Shown: positions 1 to 11,194, counted from the whole stretch's first letter. The stretch: DNA of 63,665 nucleotides, filler included, from Octopus bimaculoides (GCF_001194135.2; 9 parts of 9 records of this genome joined end to end with filler, not necessarily neighbours in it); one strand, 5' to 3'. A program made the numbers and translations. Notes: generated from the letters alone by a model not told the origin.

Positions 1-37
<37 letters not shown>

Positions 38-380
38 GCGTGTGCGTGTGCGTGTGTGTGTGCGTGTGCCTTTGCTTTGAAACGGTCAGTTTGAGGTCAC
101 ATTGGAAACAGGAATTCAACTAGAAAATAAAACTACATACATACATGAATGTCTTTTACTTTTCTTTGTCACCATGCTGCACATGGAGACTGATGTCTGA
201 AACGGAACTTAAACTAGAGAGAATAAAACTTTTTTATGTTTATTTCTTTATATCGCTATATATATTCACACACACACAAACGCACATACATTCATACATA
301 CGTACATTCATTCACACATACACACATACATACATACATACATACATACATACATACATACATACATACATACATACATA

Positions 381-851
381 AAAAGAGAAAAAGAGAACTA
401 TGCTGAGCTACTGAGAAATTTGCAGATACTCCACCCAGACTACAAGTTCATATTCATACCCGTGATTGTTGGGGCAATGGGATATGTAACGAACTGCCTC
501 AACAAAAACCTGGAAAAAATAGGTTTCTCAAAACCTGAAAGAAAAAGGCTGATTAGAAGACTACAGATTCAAGCCATCAATGGAACTGTAAAGATGTAAA
601 ACTTTCCAAAAGTTTAGCACATAAATGCATATGCATGCATCTACACATGAAAATATATACATAAAAACGCATCCATAAAACAAACATACAAATCTGCGCA
701 TACACTAACACCAAATACGGCACACACACACACATATGCTCAAATACCTAGTTGATGTTGATAAAAGTTCCAATGAAGGAGCCTTGGATCTATGTTAGAG
801 TCCGGCTCTTTCTCTATTGACAAGAAATACAGAAATGAAATTGATTGATAA
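381..851 (+). mobile_element. R4/Dong-clade (RLE-type) non-LTR retrotransposon, 5'-truncated 3' end (endonuclease C-terminus + 3' UTR)
   Basis: 381-599 translates KREKENYAELLRNLQILHPDYKFIFIPVIVGAMGYVTNCLNKNLEKIGF..., matching the K-x-x-x-Y-x-x-L...IPVIVGAxG pattern of restriction-like endonuclease LINE C-termini; flanked on both sides by (CATA)n. Confidence 0.7.
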
Positions 852-1119
852 CATACATACATACATACATACATACATACATGTTTTGTTTTTTTAACTT
901 TTCTTTGTCGTTTCACTGACACAATTCTTTTTTAGGGGACTGATATAGAGACTAAACTTTTTTCTCAGTCTATTTCGTTTTATCGGCCCTGTCTGCATGG
1001 CAAAATACAAAAAGAGTAATATTGACAGAATGAAAAAATTATGTTGACCAGAGGGACCCCTCGGATATTAGGAACCCTGAAGCTTAAGCTTCATTAGTTT
1101 GATAGTAGATCTGCCACTG

Positions 1120-1467
1120 CCCCTGGGGGGCGGTGGAAAGTTCCAAGGGGGCGTTGAAGAAAACTGGGACGATAATGGGGTAGCGATTCATATAAAAACA
1201 ACAATCTGTGAAATAAAATTGCTTTGAATTTGTTTCAGAAAGAGGTCTGTGCTTGTGATGGTAAGTTAGGGCGGGGTTGCTAGGAAGGTGTCCTGGGTGT
1301 CTAGGGGGCGGGAGCGCGAAAAAGTTTGGGAACCACTGATCTAAAGCAAACTATCTCAGGGGCGCTTAAAATACTAATGTGAATCCCCTATTTACTATTT
1401 TGTTGTGTGGATCCTCCAAAATCATATGGTCCTCAGGGCCCATATGGACCTCGATTGAGAACCACTA
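1120..1467. mobile_element. Two adjacent hAT (Buster/Charlie-like) MITE remnants
   Basis: Ends AAAAAGTTTGGGAACCACTG (to 1338) and TTGAGAACCACTA (to 1467), typical hAT MITE terminal motifs; followed by similar 8-mers ATCTAAAG (1339-1346) and TTCTAAAC (1468-1475) of nnnTAnnn type. Confidence 0.55.
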
Positions 1468-1875
1468 TTCTAAACCATCTGAAATATAATTGTAGAAAAT
1501 TTCATTGACAAATATCCATTTTTTTTTAAAAGAAAGAAAAATTCAGGTTGGGGCGCATTTGTGTACGTATGCTCAAAGCTGGACTGGATGTAAACAATAA
1601 CGGATCAACATGTGGTCCTGCATGCACTCTGCTTGGGAAAAAGGATGGAAAGGTAACAGTTGGAGAACCTTTTTATTCACAGTTCTGAGAAGCCAATGCT
1701 TAACAGCAACAGTATTGTTGTCACTGAAACTAAATACAATTGTTAACAGAAACTCATCAGGAAATGTATTTGTTACCTTATCGTTATTATCAGGTATGGT
1801 CTGTTCACAGTACGTTGAATAACATGGATCACTATCTCAATCTTTCTTCAACTGTTATTACTCATCTTCGAAAAA

Positions 1876-2040
1876 CGGCGAGCTGGCAGAATGGTTAGCA
1901 CAACGGGCAAAATGCTCAGCGGCATTTCGTCCGTCTTCACGTTCTGAGTTCAAATTCCGCCGAGGTCAACTTTGCCTTTCATCCTTTCGCAGTCAATAAA
2001 AATAGAGCATTTTAGCACCGGAGTCGATGCAATCGGCTGT
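1876..2040 (+). mobile_element. tRNA-derived SINE, family B (Meta/MESC-domain-like)
   Basis: CGGCGAGCTGGCAGAATGGTTAGC head, B-box GAGTTCAAATTC, then GAGGTCAACTTTGCCTTTCATCCTTTCG..., which resembles the Meta/MESC core; several homologous copies in the window. Confidence 0.75.
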
Positions 2041-2476
2041 CAGAGTTTTAAAGTTACACAACTTCCGACTGTTCGTTGGGACTGTATATTTGGATGAAGA
2101 GTACTAAGTGATTTGCGAAAAGGAATATAGTCTCGAAAGTTACTTCATGTATGTTTACAACGAGATAGAAAGAAAAGAAAAGAATTCCTATAGATTCGTA
2201 AACGAGTCTTGGAACAAGATGATGTTTACGTAATTTCTAGAGTATCAGTGCTATAAGTATTCGTGTATATGAAAACACGAAGTACGTGTGAGTGTGTGTG
2301 TGTGTGTGTGTATGTGTGTGTGTGTGTGTGTGTGTATGTGTGTGTGTGTGTGTGTGTATTTGATTGTCATTTGTGTATGCATGGAAGCATTTGACAAACG
2401 ACTAATATTCTACTTCCAGGAATCAACAAGTACGCTTAGTGGTTTAATAGAAATATATGCTGGCACTTTAGCGCAT

Positions 2477-2548
2477 GGGGATATAGCTCAGTGGTAGAGC
2501 ATTCGACTGCAGATCGAGAGGTCCCCGGTTCAATCCCGGGTGTCCCCT
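2477..2548 (+). tRNA. trnC-GCA: tRNA-Cys (anticodon GCA), intronless
   Basis: Cloverleaf: acceptor GGGGATA/TGTCCCC, D-arm GCTC-AGTGGTA-GAGC, anticodon arm TTCGA-CTGCAGA-TCGAG, T-arm CCCGG-TTCAATC-CCGGG, discriminator U73 (Cys identity); T-runs downstream (2555-2558, 2565-2570) as Pol III terminator. Confidence 0.95.
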
Positions 2549-2990
2549 TTAAAGTTTTCAAAGATTTTTTAACAATATATTGAATTTTTGCTAACATGAA
2601 TACAGAATCATAAGAATAGAAATAATTACAAATACCGTCATTACCTTTTCTTTAGTATACAAGAAACTCGAGAACTTTTTAATGATAGAGATGTTGACAC
2701 CGTGATGTTCATTCCTTTTCACGAATATAACGATGTCTCATTGAAAAGAAACGAATTTGTATTTCAGGATGGGTATAGTGGTTTGAATCAAATCCAGTAC
2801 ATGTTAAGTACATACATACCTATGAATGGCCAAATTCACCTCAGAGCGATTTGAACTCAGATTGTAGTGATGATACGTAAAAGTTTGGTTTCAGCATTCT
2901 AGTTTTACTATCACTCCGACGCAAATTGTAAAAGACAAGAACGGAATAAACACGGAACATTGTATATGTGTATGAATAGACGTGGCTGTG

Positions 2991-3222
2991 TTATTTCTTT
3001 ACTACCCACAAGGGGCTACACACAGAGGGGACAAACAAGGACAGACAAACGGATTAAGTCGATTATATCGACCCCAGTGCGTAACTGGTACTTATTTAAT
3101 CGACCCCAAAATGATAAAAGGCAAAGTCGACCTCGGCGGAATTTGAACTCAGAACGTAGCAGCAGACGAAATACCACTAAGCATTTCACCGGGCGTGCTA
3201 ACGTTTCTGCCAGCTCGCCGCC
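2991..3222 (-). mobile_element. SINE family B (Meta/MESC-like), near full length
   Basis: Reverse complement of the 1876 copy (CAGCTCGCCGCC head at 3211-3222; GTCGACCTCGGCGGAATTTGAACTCAGAACG; TGGTACTTATTTAATCGACCCC) plus 3' tail. Confidence 0.8.
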
Positions 3223-3378
3223 TGGCTGTGTAGTAAGAAGCTTGCTTCCCAACTACATGGTTCAGGGTTCAGTCCTTTTACGTGGCATTTTGGCCAAGTG
3301 TCTTCTACTGTGGTCTCGGGCCGACCAAAGCATTGTGAGTGGATTTGGTAGGTGGAAACTGAAAGAAGCCCGTGGTGT
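3223..3378 (+). mobile_element. SINE family A (tRNA head + CORE-like), 5' half
   Basis: A-box TGGCTGTGTAG, B-box GGTTCAGTCC, CORE-like TTGGCCAAGTGTCTT; runs into a (CA)n/(TA)n tract and a gap. Confidence 0.75.
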
Positions 3379-3455
3379 ATACACACACACACACACACTA
3401 ACACACACACACACTAACACACACACACACATATATATNNNNNNNNNNNNNNNNN

Positions 3456-3499
<44 letters not shown>

Positions 3500-3506
<7 letters not shown>

Positions 3507-3735
3507 AAATACAAAAATGGGACAAGAACGCAAAACATCAAGACAGGCGATACAAAGAAAACAAGGACGGGTCAAACTCTTCGAAACGCCAGTGTTTTAA
3601 TGGTGGCAGCTGATGAAGGATATGTTCTCTATGTGGCCTGCGTGTTTTTTGTACCTTGTTTATCACTTTGTCCATGTTTTTTGCAACGTCATGTACCCAG
3701 ATATGTATCTATATGTACATGTAGATTGAAGGTAT
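3500..3735 (+). repeat. Dispersed repeat, probable Penelope-like terminal region with hammerhead remnant
   Basis: Inverse homolog of 7215-7450 and 63020-63240 (shared CTCTTCGAAACG...CAGCTGATGAAGGA.ATGTTCTCTATGTGGCC and TACCCAGATATGxATCTAT). Confidence 0.55.
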
Positions 3736-4030
3736 GTACATACATACATGTACATATATATGCATATACTCATATATTGTTTATATATATATATATATAT
3801 ATATATNNNNNNNNNNNNNNNNNNNNNNNNNNNNNNNNNNNNNNNNNNNNNNNNNNNNNNNNNNNNNNNNNNNNNNNNNNNNNNNNNNNNNNNNNNNNNN
3901 NNNNNNNNNNNNNNNNNNNNNNNNNNNNNNNNNNNNNNNNNNNNNNNNNNNNNNNNNNNNNNNNNNNNNNNNNNNNNNNNNNNNNNNNNNNNNNNNNNNN
4001 NNNNNNNNNNNNNNNNNNNNNNNNNNNNNN

Positions 4031-4067
<37 letters not shown>

Positions 4068-4119
4068 TATATACATATATATATAGACTATATATTTGTG
4101 TGTGTGTATGCATATATGT

Positions 4120-4325
4120 ATATATATTTATGCGTGTGTGTCTTTGTGTCTGTGTTTGTCCCGCACCATCGCTTGACAACCGATGTTGGTGTGTTTACGT
4201 CCTCGTAAGCTAGCGGTTCGGCAAAATAACCGATGGAGTAAGTGAGGTCGATTTCTGCGACTAAAAATCCTATAAACGGTACTCCAGCATGGCCGCAGTC
4301 AAATGACTCAAGCAAGTAAAAGAAT
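4120..4325 (+). mobile_element. SINE family A, 3' half
   Basis: CATCGCTTGACAACCGATGTTGGTGTGTTTACGT...CTCCAGCATGGCCGCAGTCAAATGACT matches the 3' half of full copies. Confidence 0.75.
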
Positions 4326-4339
4326 ATATATATATATAT

Positions 4340-4539
4340 ATACTTGTTTCAGTCATATAACTGCGGCCATGCTGGAGCACCGCCTTTAGTCGAACAAATC
4401 GATCCCAGGACATACTCTTTGTAAACCTAGTACTTATTCTATCGGTCTCTTGCCAAACCGCTAGGTTGCAGGGATGTAAATACACCAACATCGGTTGTCA
4501 AGCAATGGTGAGAGTGGGGACAAACACAGACACACAAAT

Positions 4540-4571
<32 letters not shown>

Positions 4572-4720
4572 GACGGGGCTTCTTTCAGTTTCCGTCTAAC
4601 CAAATCCATTCACAAGACTTTGGTTGGCCATGACTATTGTAGAAGATACTTGCCCAAGGCAGTGGGACTGAACCCGGACCTATGTGGTCGAGAAGCAATC
4701 TTCTTACCACACAGCCACTC
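4340..4720 (-). mobile_element. SINE family A (CORE-like), full length with internal (CA)n
   Basis: Tail TACTTGTTTCAGTC at 4341, head CTTACCACACAGCCACTCCTA at about 4700-4722, internal microsatellite at 4525-4570. Confidence 0.85.
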
Positions 4721-4752
4721 CTATATATATAAATATATATAAATATTTATTA

Positions 4753-6627
4753 CACTGGTCAGCAAGTATTTTTTTATCAAACATATGTCAAGGTGTAGTT
4801 AATGTAGTTTTTAATGCTGCATTCAAATATACAATTAGTTGTTTGACATTACGTACAGTTTTCAAGATGAGAAAGTTTTTTGGCTTTAGCTCATGCATTA
4901 TATAGAAATTCCAATTAATGACGTGTATGCATGTATTTCATTTACATCATGGAAACATACCTTTAAAATAAACTACATTATTCGTTGCTGCATAGTTCAG
5001 ATGCAATATTTCATCATCTTAAATTAACCAATCAAGTCTTGTCTGATGAAATAGCTATTTCAGCATCTCAAATTGTCCAGTCATAACTGGTCTGATGAAA
5101 TATTTCATCTCAAATTCAATAAAAGTATAATCGTTTGTATCTATTTCATTACTTGTTTTACAATGTTAACAATGTCAAGACAGTGTAGAAATTGTCCTGA
5201 CGTGTTTTGTTATGTCTGTGGACAATTTACTGTTAAAGCTTAAAAATGTACACTAACACCAGAGATCAAGAAGAATTATAAGCTATACTTTGACTGTCCT
5301 CTTGGAGATCAGGACAAGTTATGGACACCACATTTTATCTGCTCAGCTTACTCAAATGGTTTACATGATTGGTTCAATAAAAAGAAGTCCGTGTCTTAGG
5401 CTATTCCAATGATATAGAGGGAGCCGAACGACCATTTTAACGACTGTTATTTTTGCGAAGTAAATGTCACAGGATTTTCTACGAAAATAAACACAAAATT
5501 GTGTATCTCAATTTGGATTCTGCAATGAGACCTGTGCCTCACAATGGAAGTCTGCCGATTCCAGTTCCACCAGATGATGGTATTGAAACATCAGATGATG
5601 ATGCTGACTGTCACGATTGTGCTGCTGAGGAAGATTACATGGCTGATGACGATAGCTTTGAACCTCAGAAAATTTCCAAAGCTGAACTGAATGATCTTGT
5701 CAGAGACCTATCTCTCTCAAAAGGTAAAGTAGAACTGTTGGCATCAAGACTGAGGGAGAAGTATCTACTAGAGCACGGTGTTCGTATAACTTATTTTCGG
5801 CAGAGAAATGTGGTTCCACAAATGTATTTTTCTATTGAAGGCCTGCTTTGCTTTTGCAGTAACATCGATGGATTTTTCGAATGTTTATCACAAAATCATG
5901 ATCCTACAGGGTGGTGTTTGTTTATTGACTCTTCAAAACGAAGTTTAGAAGCTGTTCTTCTTCATAATGGTAATTTGAAGCCTTCTATACTTATTGCACA
6001 CTCTATTCATCTTCGTGAATCATTGCCTATGAGAGATACTCATGGAAAACATGTAGTGATTTAAAAGTCGTTGGAATATTAATGGGAATGCAGTCAGGTT
6101 TCACAAAATACTGTTATTTCTTTTGTCTATGGAGTAGTCGGGCAACTGACAGACATTTTTCGGAATCAAACTAGCAGACAAGAACATTATACCAGCCAGG
6201 ACTGTCTATCGTCAAGAATACACCTCTTGTAGACCCATGTAATGTCCTATTATCTCTTTTGCACATAAAACTTGGACTGATGAAACAGTTTGTAAAAACA
6301 CTTTGGAAGAGAAATGCTAGAAGGTTTGAGTATATTGTAGAAACATTTCCCAAAATCACACAGGCGAAGTTGAATGAGGGTATCTTTGTCAGACCCAAAA
6401 TTAGAGAAGTACTCGAAGATGTCAACTTCAAGACAACACTGGATGAATTGGAACTGCCTACCTAGAATGCTTTCAATTGAATCTGTGAGAATTTCTTGGG
6501 TGACAAGAAGGCAATGGACTATAAGGATGGCATCAAGAATCTTCTGAAATGTTTCTCAGCAATGGGGCGTCGCATGTCACTGAAAGTTCACTTCTTGGAC
6601 TAGCATCTGGATTTCTTCGCAGATGAT
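4753..6627 (+). mobile_element. Chapaev3 (CMC superfamily) DNA transposon, decayed, 3'-truncated
   Basis: From ATG 5172: MSRQCRNCPDVFCYVCGQF...YFDCPLGDQDKLWTPHFIC...REPNDHFNDCYFC (stops, frameshift), then LDSAMRPVPH, FIDSSKRSLEAVLLHNGN, HIKLGLMKQFVK, AKLNEGIFVRPKIR, MSLKVHFLD*HLDFF. Left end CACTGG at 4753 is preceded by TTA (TWA-type TSD). No right TIR seen. Confidence 0.8.
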
Positions 6628-6740
6628 TTTGTATGTAATATAATTTTTAATCTTCGGATTTTTAAAATATGCTAAGCCACTGGTTTTAATTTATTAATAT
6701 CAACTTCTACCCTCATTATATATATATATATATATATATA

Positions 6741-7221
6741 AGCAATGTTAATTCTCTATATGAAGTATTAACAGTAACTGCACGATAAAGTGTAGTATAT
6801 TGCCACTTAAGTGTGGCAATATATAGNNNNNNNNNNNNNNNNNNNNNNNNNNNNNNNNNNNNNNNNNNNNNNNNNNNNNNNNNNNNNNNNNNNNNNNNNN
6901 NNNNNNNNNNNNNNNNNNNNNNNNNNNNNNNNNNNNNNNNNNNNNNNNNNNNNNNNNNNNNNNNNNNNNNNNNNNNNNNNNNNNNNNNNNNNNNNNNNNN
7001 NNNNNNNNNNNNNNNNNNNNNNNNNNNNNNNNNNNNNNNNNNNNNNNNNNNNNNNNNNNGAGAGAGACAAATCTGGCAAACCTTATATCTTCTTTTCCAG
7101 TGACATTCTTCACTGATATTGAAAAGGTGAAAACAAGCAATGTTAATTCTCTATATGAAGTATTAACAGTAACTGCACGATAAAGTGTAGTATATTGCCA
7201 CTTAAGTGTGGCAATATATAG
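6741..7221. repeat. Identical 86-bp direct repeat (6741-6826 / 7136-7221) straddling an N gap
   Basis: Exact duplicate AGCAATGTTAATTCTC...GGCAATATATAG on both sides of the gap; contains the hairpin TATATTGCCAC-TTAAGT-GTGGCAATATA. Confidence 0.85.
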
Positions 7222-7450
7222 ATGCATATCTGGGTATAGGACGTCACAAAAAAACGTGGACAAAATGAAAAACGAGAACATAAACAATGCACGGAAAACA
7301 AACTTTTTTTCGGACAACGGTAGGAACAGACAGGAAAACAGACAGGCCACATAGAGAACATTTCCTTCATCAGCTGTCCCTATTCTAAACTAAGCGTTTC
7401 GAAGAGTTAGGGCAGGACGCATTGTTAGAATAGCTCTTCCCGCAAAGCAA
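7215..7450 (-). repeat. Penelope-like terminal repeat family copy with hammerhead remnant
   Basis: Homologous to 3500-3735 and 63020-63240; lies just downstream of the Penelope ORF at 7800-8999. Confidence 0.55.
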
Positions 7451-7799
7451 ATCAAATAAAATTTGTGATGCAGAGGAATTAAGTGGCAAACAGAAAAGAC
7501 GACAGGGGAAACGAAATAGTGAAATATATATACTATTTAGGAAGTCAAAAGTCATAGCCGGTTATAGAGTAATCATTGACTTCGCTCCAATAAAGCGCTT
7601 AGCGGTATAGGTGACTCTTCAGATTCAAATGGTTGAAGGTACATAACCTCTCTAGTAAGTGGAGAAAGAAATACGTAACGGTCAGCTGGTTTTGCAAACA
7701 AAATGTAATTGTCCATGCTACAGACGGGACGAGGTTATCCCCTTTACATTGGCTCTGGCCATGGTTATATTTGAAGGATCTGTGGCGGTACTACTCAAC

Positions 7800-9199
7800 A
7801 AAAGGGAAAGAAATTTAGATGCGGGCACTGACTGAAGAATTCTTTCCTAAAGTTTAAAAAGATCCCCGGGTAGAGCGATTTGTTTTTTGTCCTTGTCCTC
7901 TCAGCCAAGCAAAGCTTACATTGTTTGCAACCGTTTATATAAGCCTCTGATTGTTCAAGGAGCTTCCATCTAATTATGTATGCGCTATCTTCCTCTCTTG
8001 AGCGCCAAACGTAGCTGGTCAGGGACGTTATGTTGTGCCTTTCCGGATCCTAAAAGAAGATTTATGGTTGTTCAGATATTGCTTAAACGGAGGCACGTTT
8101 GAACCGACATATTTTCGTATCTGTATATTGGATGTGCTACCACCGCCGATGCTTGTTTCGTGAAGTCTTGATCTGATGTCGTTGTTGCTGCTGCTGGAAT
8201 CGTTGCCGGTACAGGTATTCCTGGATGTGATTCTGGTGATTCTGGTGATTCCGGTCGCAAAGTTGCTGCTGTTGCTGTCGTTGTGACTGTTGGTATTGTC
8301 TGTGCTGCTTGAAGCACTGCTGTCACCACCGCCGTCGCTGCTATCGTTATTGTCGTTGTTGCTGTTGTCGGTGGATGTATCGTTGTCACTTATGCTGTTA
8401 CTCGCACCATCACCGTCGCCGCTGTCACTGTTGTCGTTGTTGTCTGTGGATATGCCACTGCTATTTGGACTGCTACTCTGGCTGCCTGCAGTGGCTACCA
8501 CCTCACCTTCATAAACAATCCCCTCGGCTTCGTATCAACTAGGTAATCATTGTATACCCTACATGAGCATCCGGATTCTACTCATGACTTGGGTATGCTC
8601 ATGAAAATTTTCTTAATATTGGGCGCGCAACTGAAGGATATCCTTAAGTTGTGCCTATTAAACAAACGTCCGTATTTGTGTGACTGTGTGAAATCTTTGT
8701 ATACCCATCTAGGGAATATTCTTCCTACGCATGTTTTAATGTTGAGGAAGATGAGTGGGGCAAACCAAACGACAATACAGTGGCGCTTCCTTTTGCGGAT
8801 GCCAGATCCCGGCATATAGGAGATGCGGTCCTTAAACCCACTGGACGCCAGAGCCTCGTTGTAATAAGTGGTCGCGGCGTTTAAAATCTTTTAACTTGAG
8901 GACAGGTTCGAGGTTCTCTTGCTGACACGCTTCGCTAGGTTCCTGAACACGATAGGTGGGTAGTAGGAGGCTGTGTTAATGTAGAACAGCCTCTCGTTTC
9001 TCTACAGAGATGATGTTCTGGTCATCTCTAGAGGAGCTAACGGGCTACCCTCGACAGGCCTAGGAAGTACCCAACTAGCACCCTTAGCTCTATGGGGCTC
9101 AAGATAACAATCGAGAGCAACCTCAGCATTGTAAACTTTTTAGATGTTACATTAGACCTGAGCTCCTGTTCTTGCAGACGCCACCGCAAACCAAACGAG
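7800..9199 (-). mobile_element. Penelope-like retroelement (RT C-terminus + GIY-YIG) with inverted 5' segment
   Basis: Minus strand: RLFYINTASYYPP, IVVWFAP...FNRHNLRISFSCAPN, EGIVYEGEV, KYVGS...FKQYLNNHKSSF, WKLLEQSEAY..GCKQCKLCLAE. Plus strand 9000-9199: LYRDD catalytic motif and IVNFLDVTLDL...KPNE. Confidence 0.85.
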
Positions 9200-9339
9200 C
9201 GGTGGAATTTGAGAGGCACAAGGTTCGATACTCAGTAGAGGCTTGCGGGCCAGTTTTTTTAGCATAAAAATTAATATACCTTATAATCTAGCGAAAAGAA
9301 TCTGTACCATAGTTTCGGACACCTATACTCGTGAACGAA

Positions 9340-10318
9340 AACTCCTTGAACTCAGATCAATACTAATCAAAAGACATTACCCAATATCATTAATAAATGA
9401 TGGAATTAAATGAGCTAAGGAAATAGATATACGAACATTAAGGGAAGTCAACTGAAATACTAAAACAGACTTAAAAATACTCCCATACATCTTCACACAT
9501 AACCCTAGAAACAACGAAGCCTTTAACATTATCATCCAAAATCTACCCATCCTCACAAGAGATAAAACAATGAACAAAATTTTTGGCTCACACAAAATTA
9601 TCAAATCAAATTTCACCTGTGCCTTGGAAAATCTAATCTATACCATTACACGCTTAGAGTGTGGTAATAATTATATTGGCCAAACAGGAATATCACTACG
9701 TCGAAGAATCACTCTCCAAAAAGAACAAATCCGCCACCCACAATACAGCCAGCTACAGGTCAGTGGACACATAGAAAGATGTGCGAGGAATCTTAATCTT
9801 AATTTCCTAATTTTTCCCTTCTATCAATGTTCACAGAACACCTTAATACAACAAAGAATGAATAAAGAGGCAACTTTCATCAATAGATATCTTCTACAAC
9901 TAAATATGAACACATAACATAATACAGAACACTACTAACATTTCAATTAATACCACTAACCCCCATACATCTCATACACCATTCACATTACAGATCTAGA
10001 TCAAATTACAGATCTAATTGCACCAAATCCGGAAATACTTATCTCCCTTACACATAATCTTTTTACTCAGGGACTAGTAGACCTGGCACCGTTCAGTAAT
10101 CGGTGCGCATTCAAAGCAATGGTTAGTAACATTACAAAACCGGTATGCTTTTGAATCTCTTTAACAATTCACAATAATGACTTTTATTACTTTTATTCCT
10201 ACCTCTGTTCATCTAATTGTATATATCTATCGTTACTTTTCATAAAAAGCCTTTACATTTTTTGATTTCCAATGTGCCTTTTCGGTTATTTTTCTTCTAC
10301 TTTCCCCTTACATTTCCA
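9340..10318 (+). mobile_element. Penelope-like element, GIY-YIG end plus 3' region
   Basis: ORF 9570-9917: LIYTITRLECGNNYIGQTGISLRRRITLQKEQIRHP...VSGHIERCA...RMNKEATFINRY, a GIY-YIG endonuclease signature; upstream LPYIFTHNPRN is typical Penelope RT-EN linker. Confidence 0.8.
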
Positions 10319-10362
10319 NNNNNNNNNNNNNNNNNNNNNNNNNNNNNNNNNNNNNNNNNNNN

Positions 10363-10374
10363 TTAATTAATTAA
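10363..10374. other. Artificial scaffold linker TTAATTAATTAA in N44 flanks (also 18017, 27903, 33537, 36415, 40110, 52985, 57001)
   Basis: Identical 12-mer with stops in all six frames, embedded in a 100-base N spacer eight times. Confidence 0.95.
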
Positions 10375-10418
10375 NNNNNNNNNNNNNNNNNNNNNNNNNN
10401 NNNNNNNNNNNNNNNNNN

Positions 10419-10799
10419 AACAAATCTCAGGGTCAAACACTGTCTGTAGCTGGTCTTCTCTTAGAAGAGCCCTGCTTCTCACATGGACAACTGTATGTTG
10501 GCTGCTCAAGAGTGGGCAGCAAAAACAACCTATTTGTATATGCTCCACAAGGGAAAACAAGGAACATTGTTTACAACGAGGTGTTATAATCACAACAGCA
10601 AGAAAGTATGTACATGATCACCTTCTTTTACGAAACTTCATTGACGTTCATATATTTATATTGATATACATATATATACGTGTGTTTGGGTGCGTGTGTG
10701 TATATACATCTCTATATATAAAGATGATGTGTAGTCTAGACGGCGTTTTTAGATTTCATTATTCTCTTTAACCCGGGCAACGCCGGGTATTTCTGCTAG
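10419..10799 (+). mobile_element. Helitron 3' end (RepHel helicase C-terminus + terminal hairpin + CTAG)
   Basis: 10419-10589: NKSQGQTLSVAGLLLEEPCFSHGQLYVGCSRVGSKNNLFVYAPQGKTRNIVYNEVL* (PIF1-like helicase motifs V-VI); hairpin ACCCGG-GCAACG-CCGGGT at 10771-10788; CTAG at 10796-10799 followed by T. Confidence 0.92.
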
Positions 10800-10931
10800 T
10801 TTAAGTATATAATTATAACTGTGTAATTATAATTAAGGGCGCTGGAGGGACAATGCCAGTATGCTAGAAGTAGATGTCAAGTGTGTACAAACCACTCTAA
10901 AATTTGTTCTCCTTTATATATACATATATAT

Positions 10932-10971
<40 letters not shown>

Positions 10972-11194
10972 TCCACAGATGAATTGCAGAGATTCTTGGT
11001 ATAGAAGACACTTTAGTAGTAGTGAAAAGATTCAAGACACTGATGTCTTTATTGGGGATTCCACAAAGTAAAGAATGACTGTAAGAGGGATCAAGATGGG
11101 TGGATATAGGGGCAATTATGCAGATAAACATTGATCCTATCAAAATATATTGAATATATTAAATATGATAGTTTGGAAATGAAACACAAAATAT

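Noticed and set aside
6741-7221. 86-bp duplication with internal hairpin as a biological tandem repeat
   Set aside because: 100% identical and split by an N gap; likely redundant contig ends. Kept only as a repeat feature.
7575-7630. CTGAAGAGTCACC...GGAGCGAAGTC on minus as a hammerhead
   Set aside because: GAAAC is incomplete and stem I does not pair.
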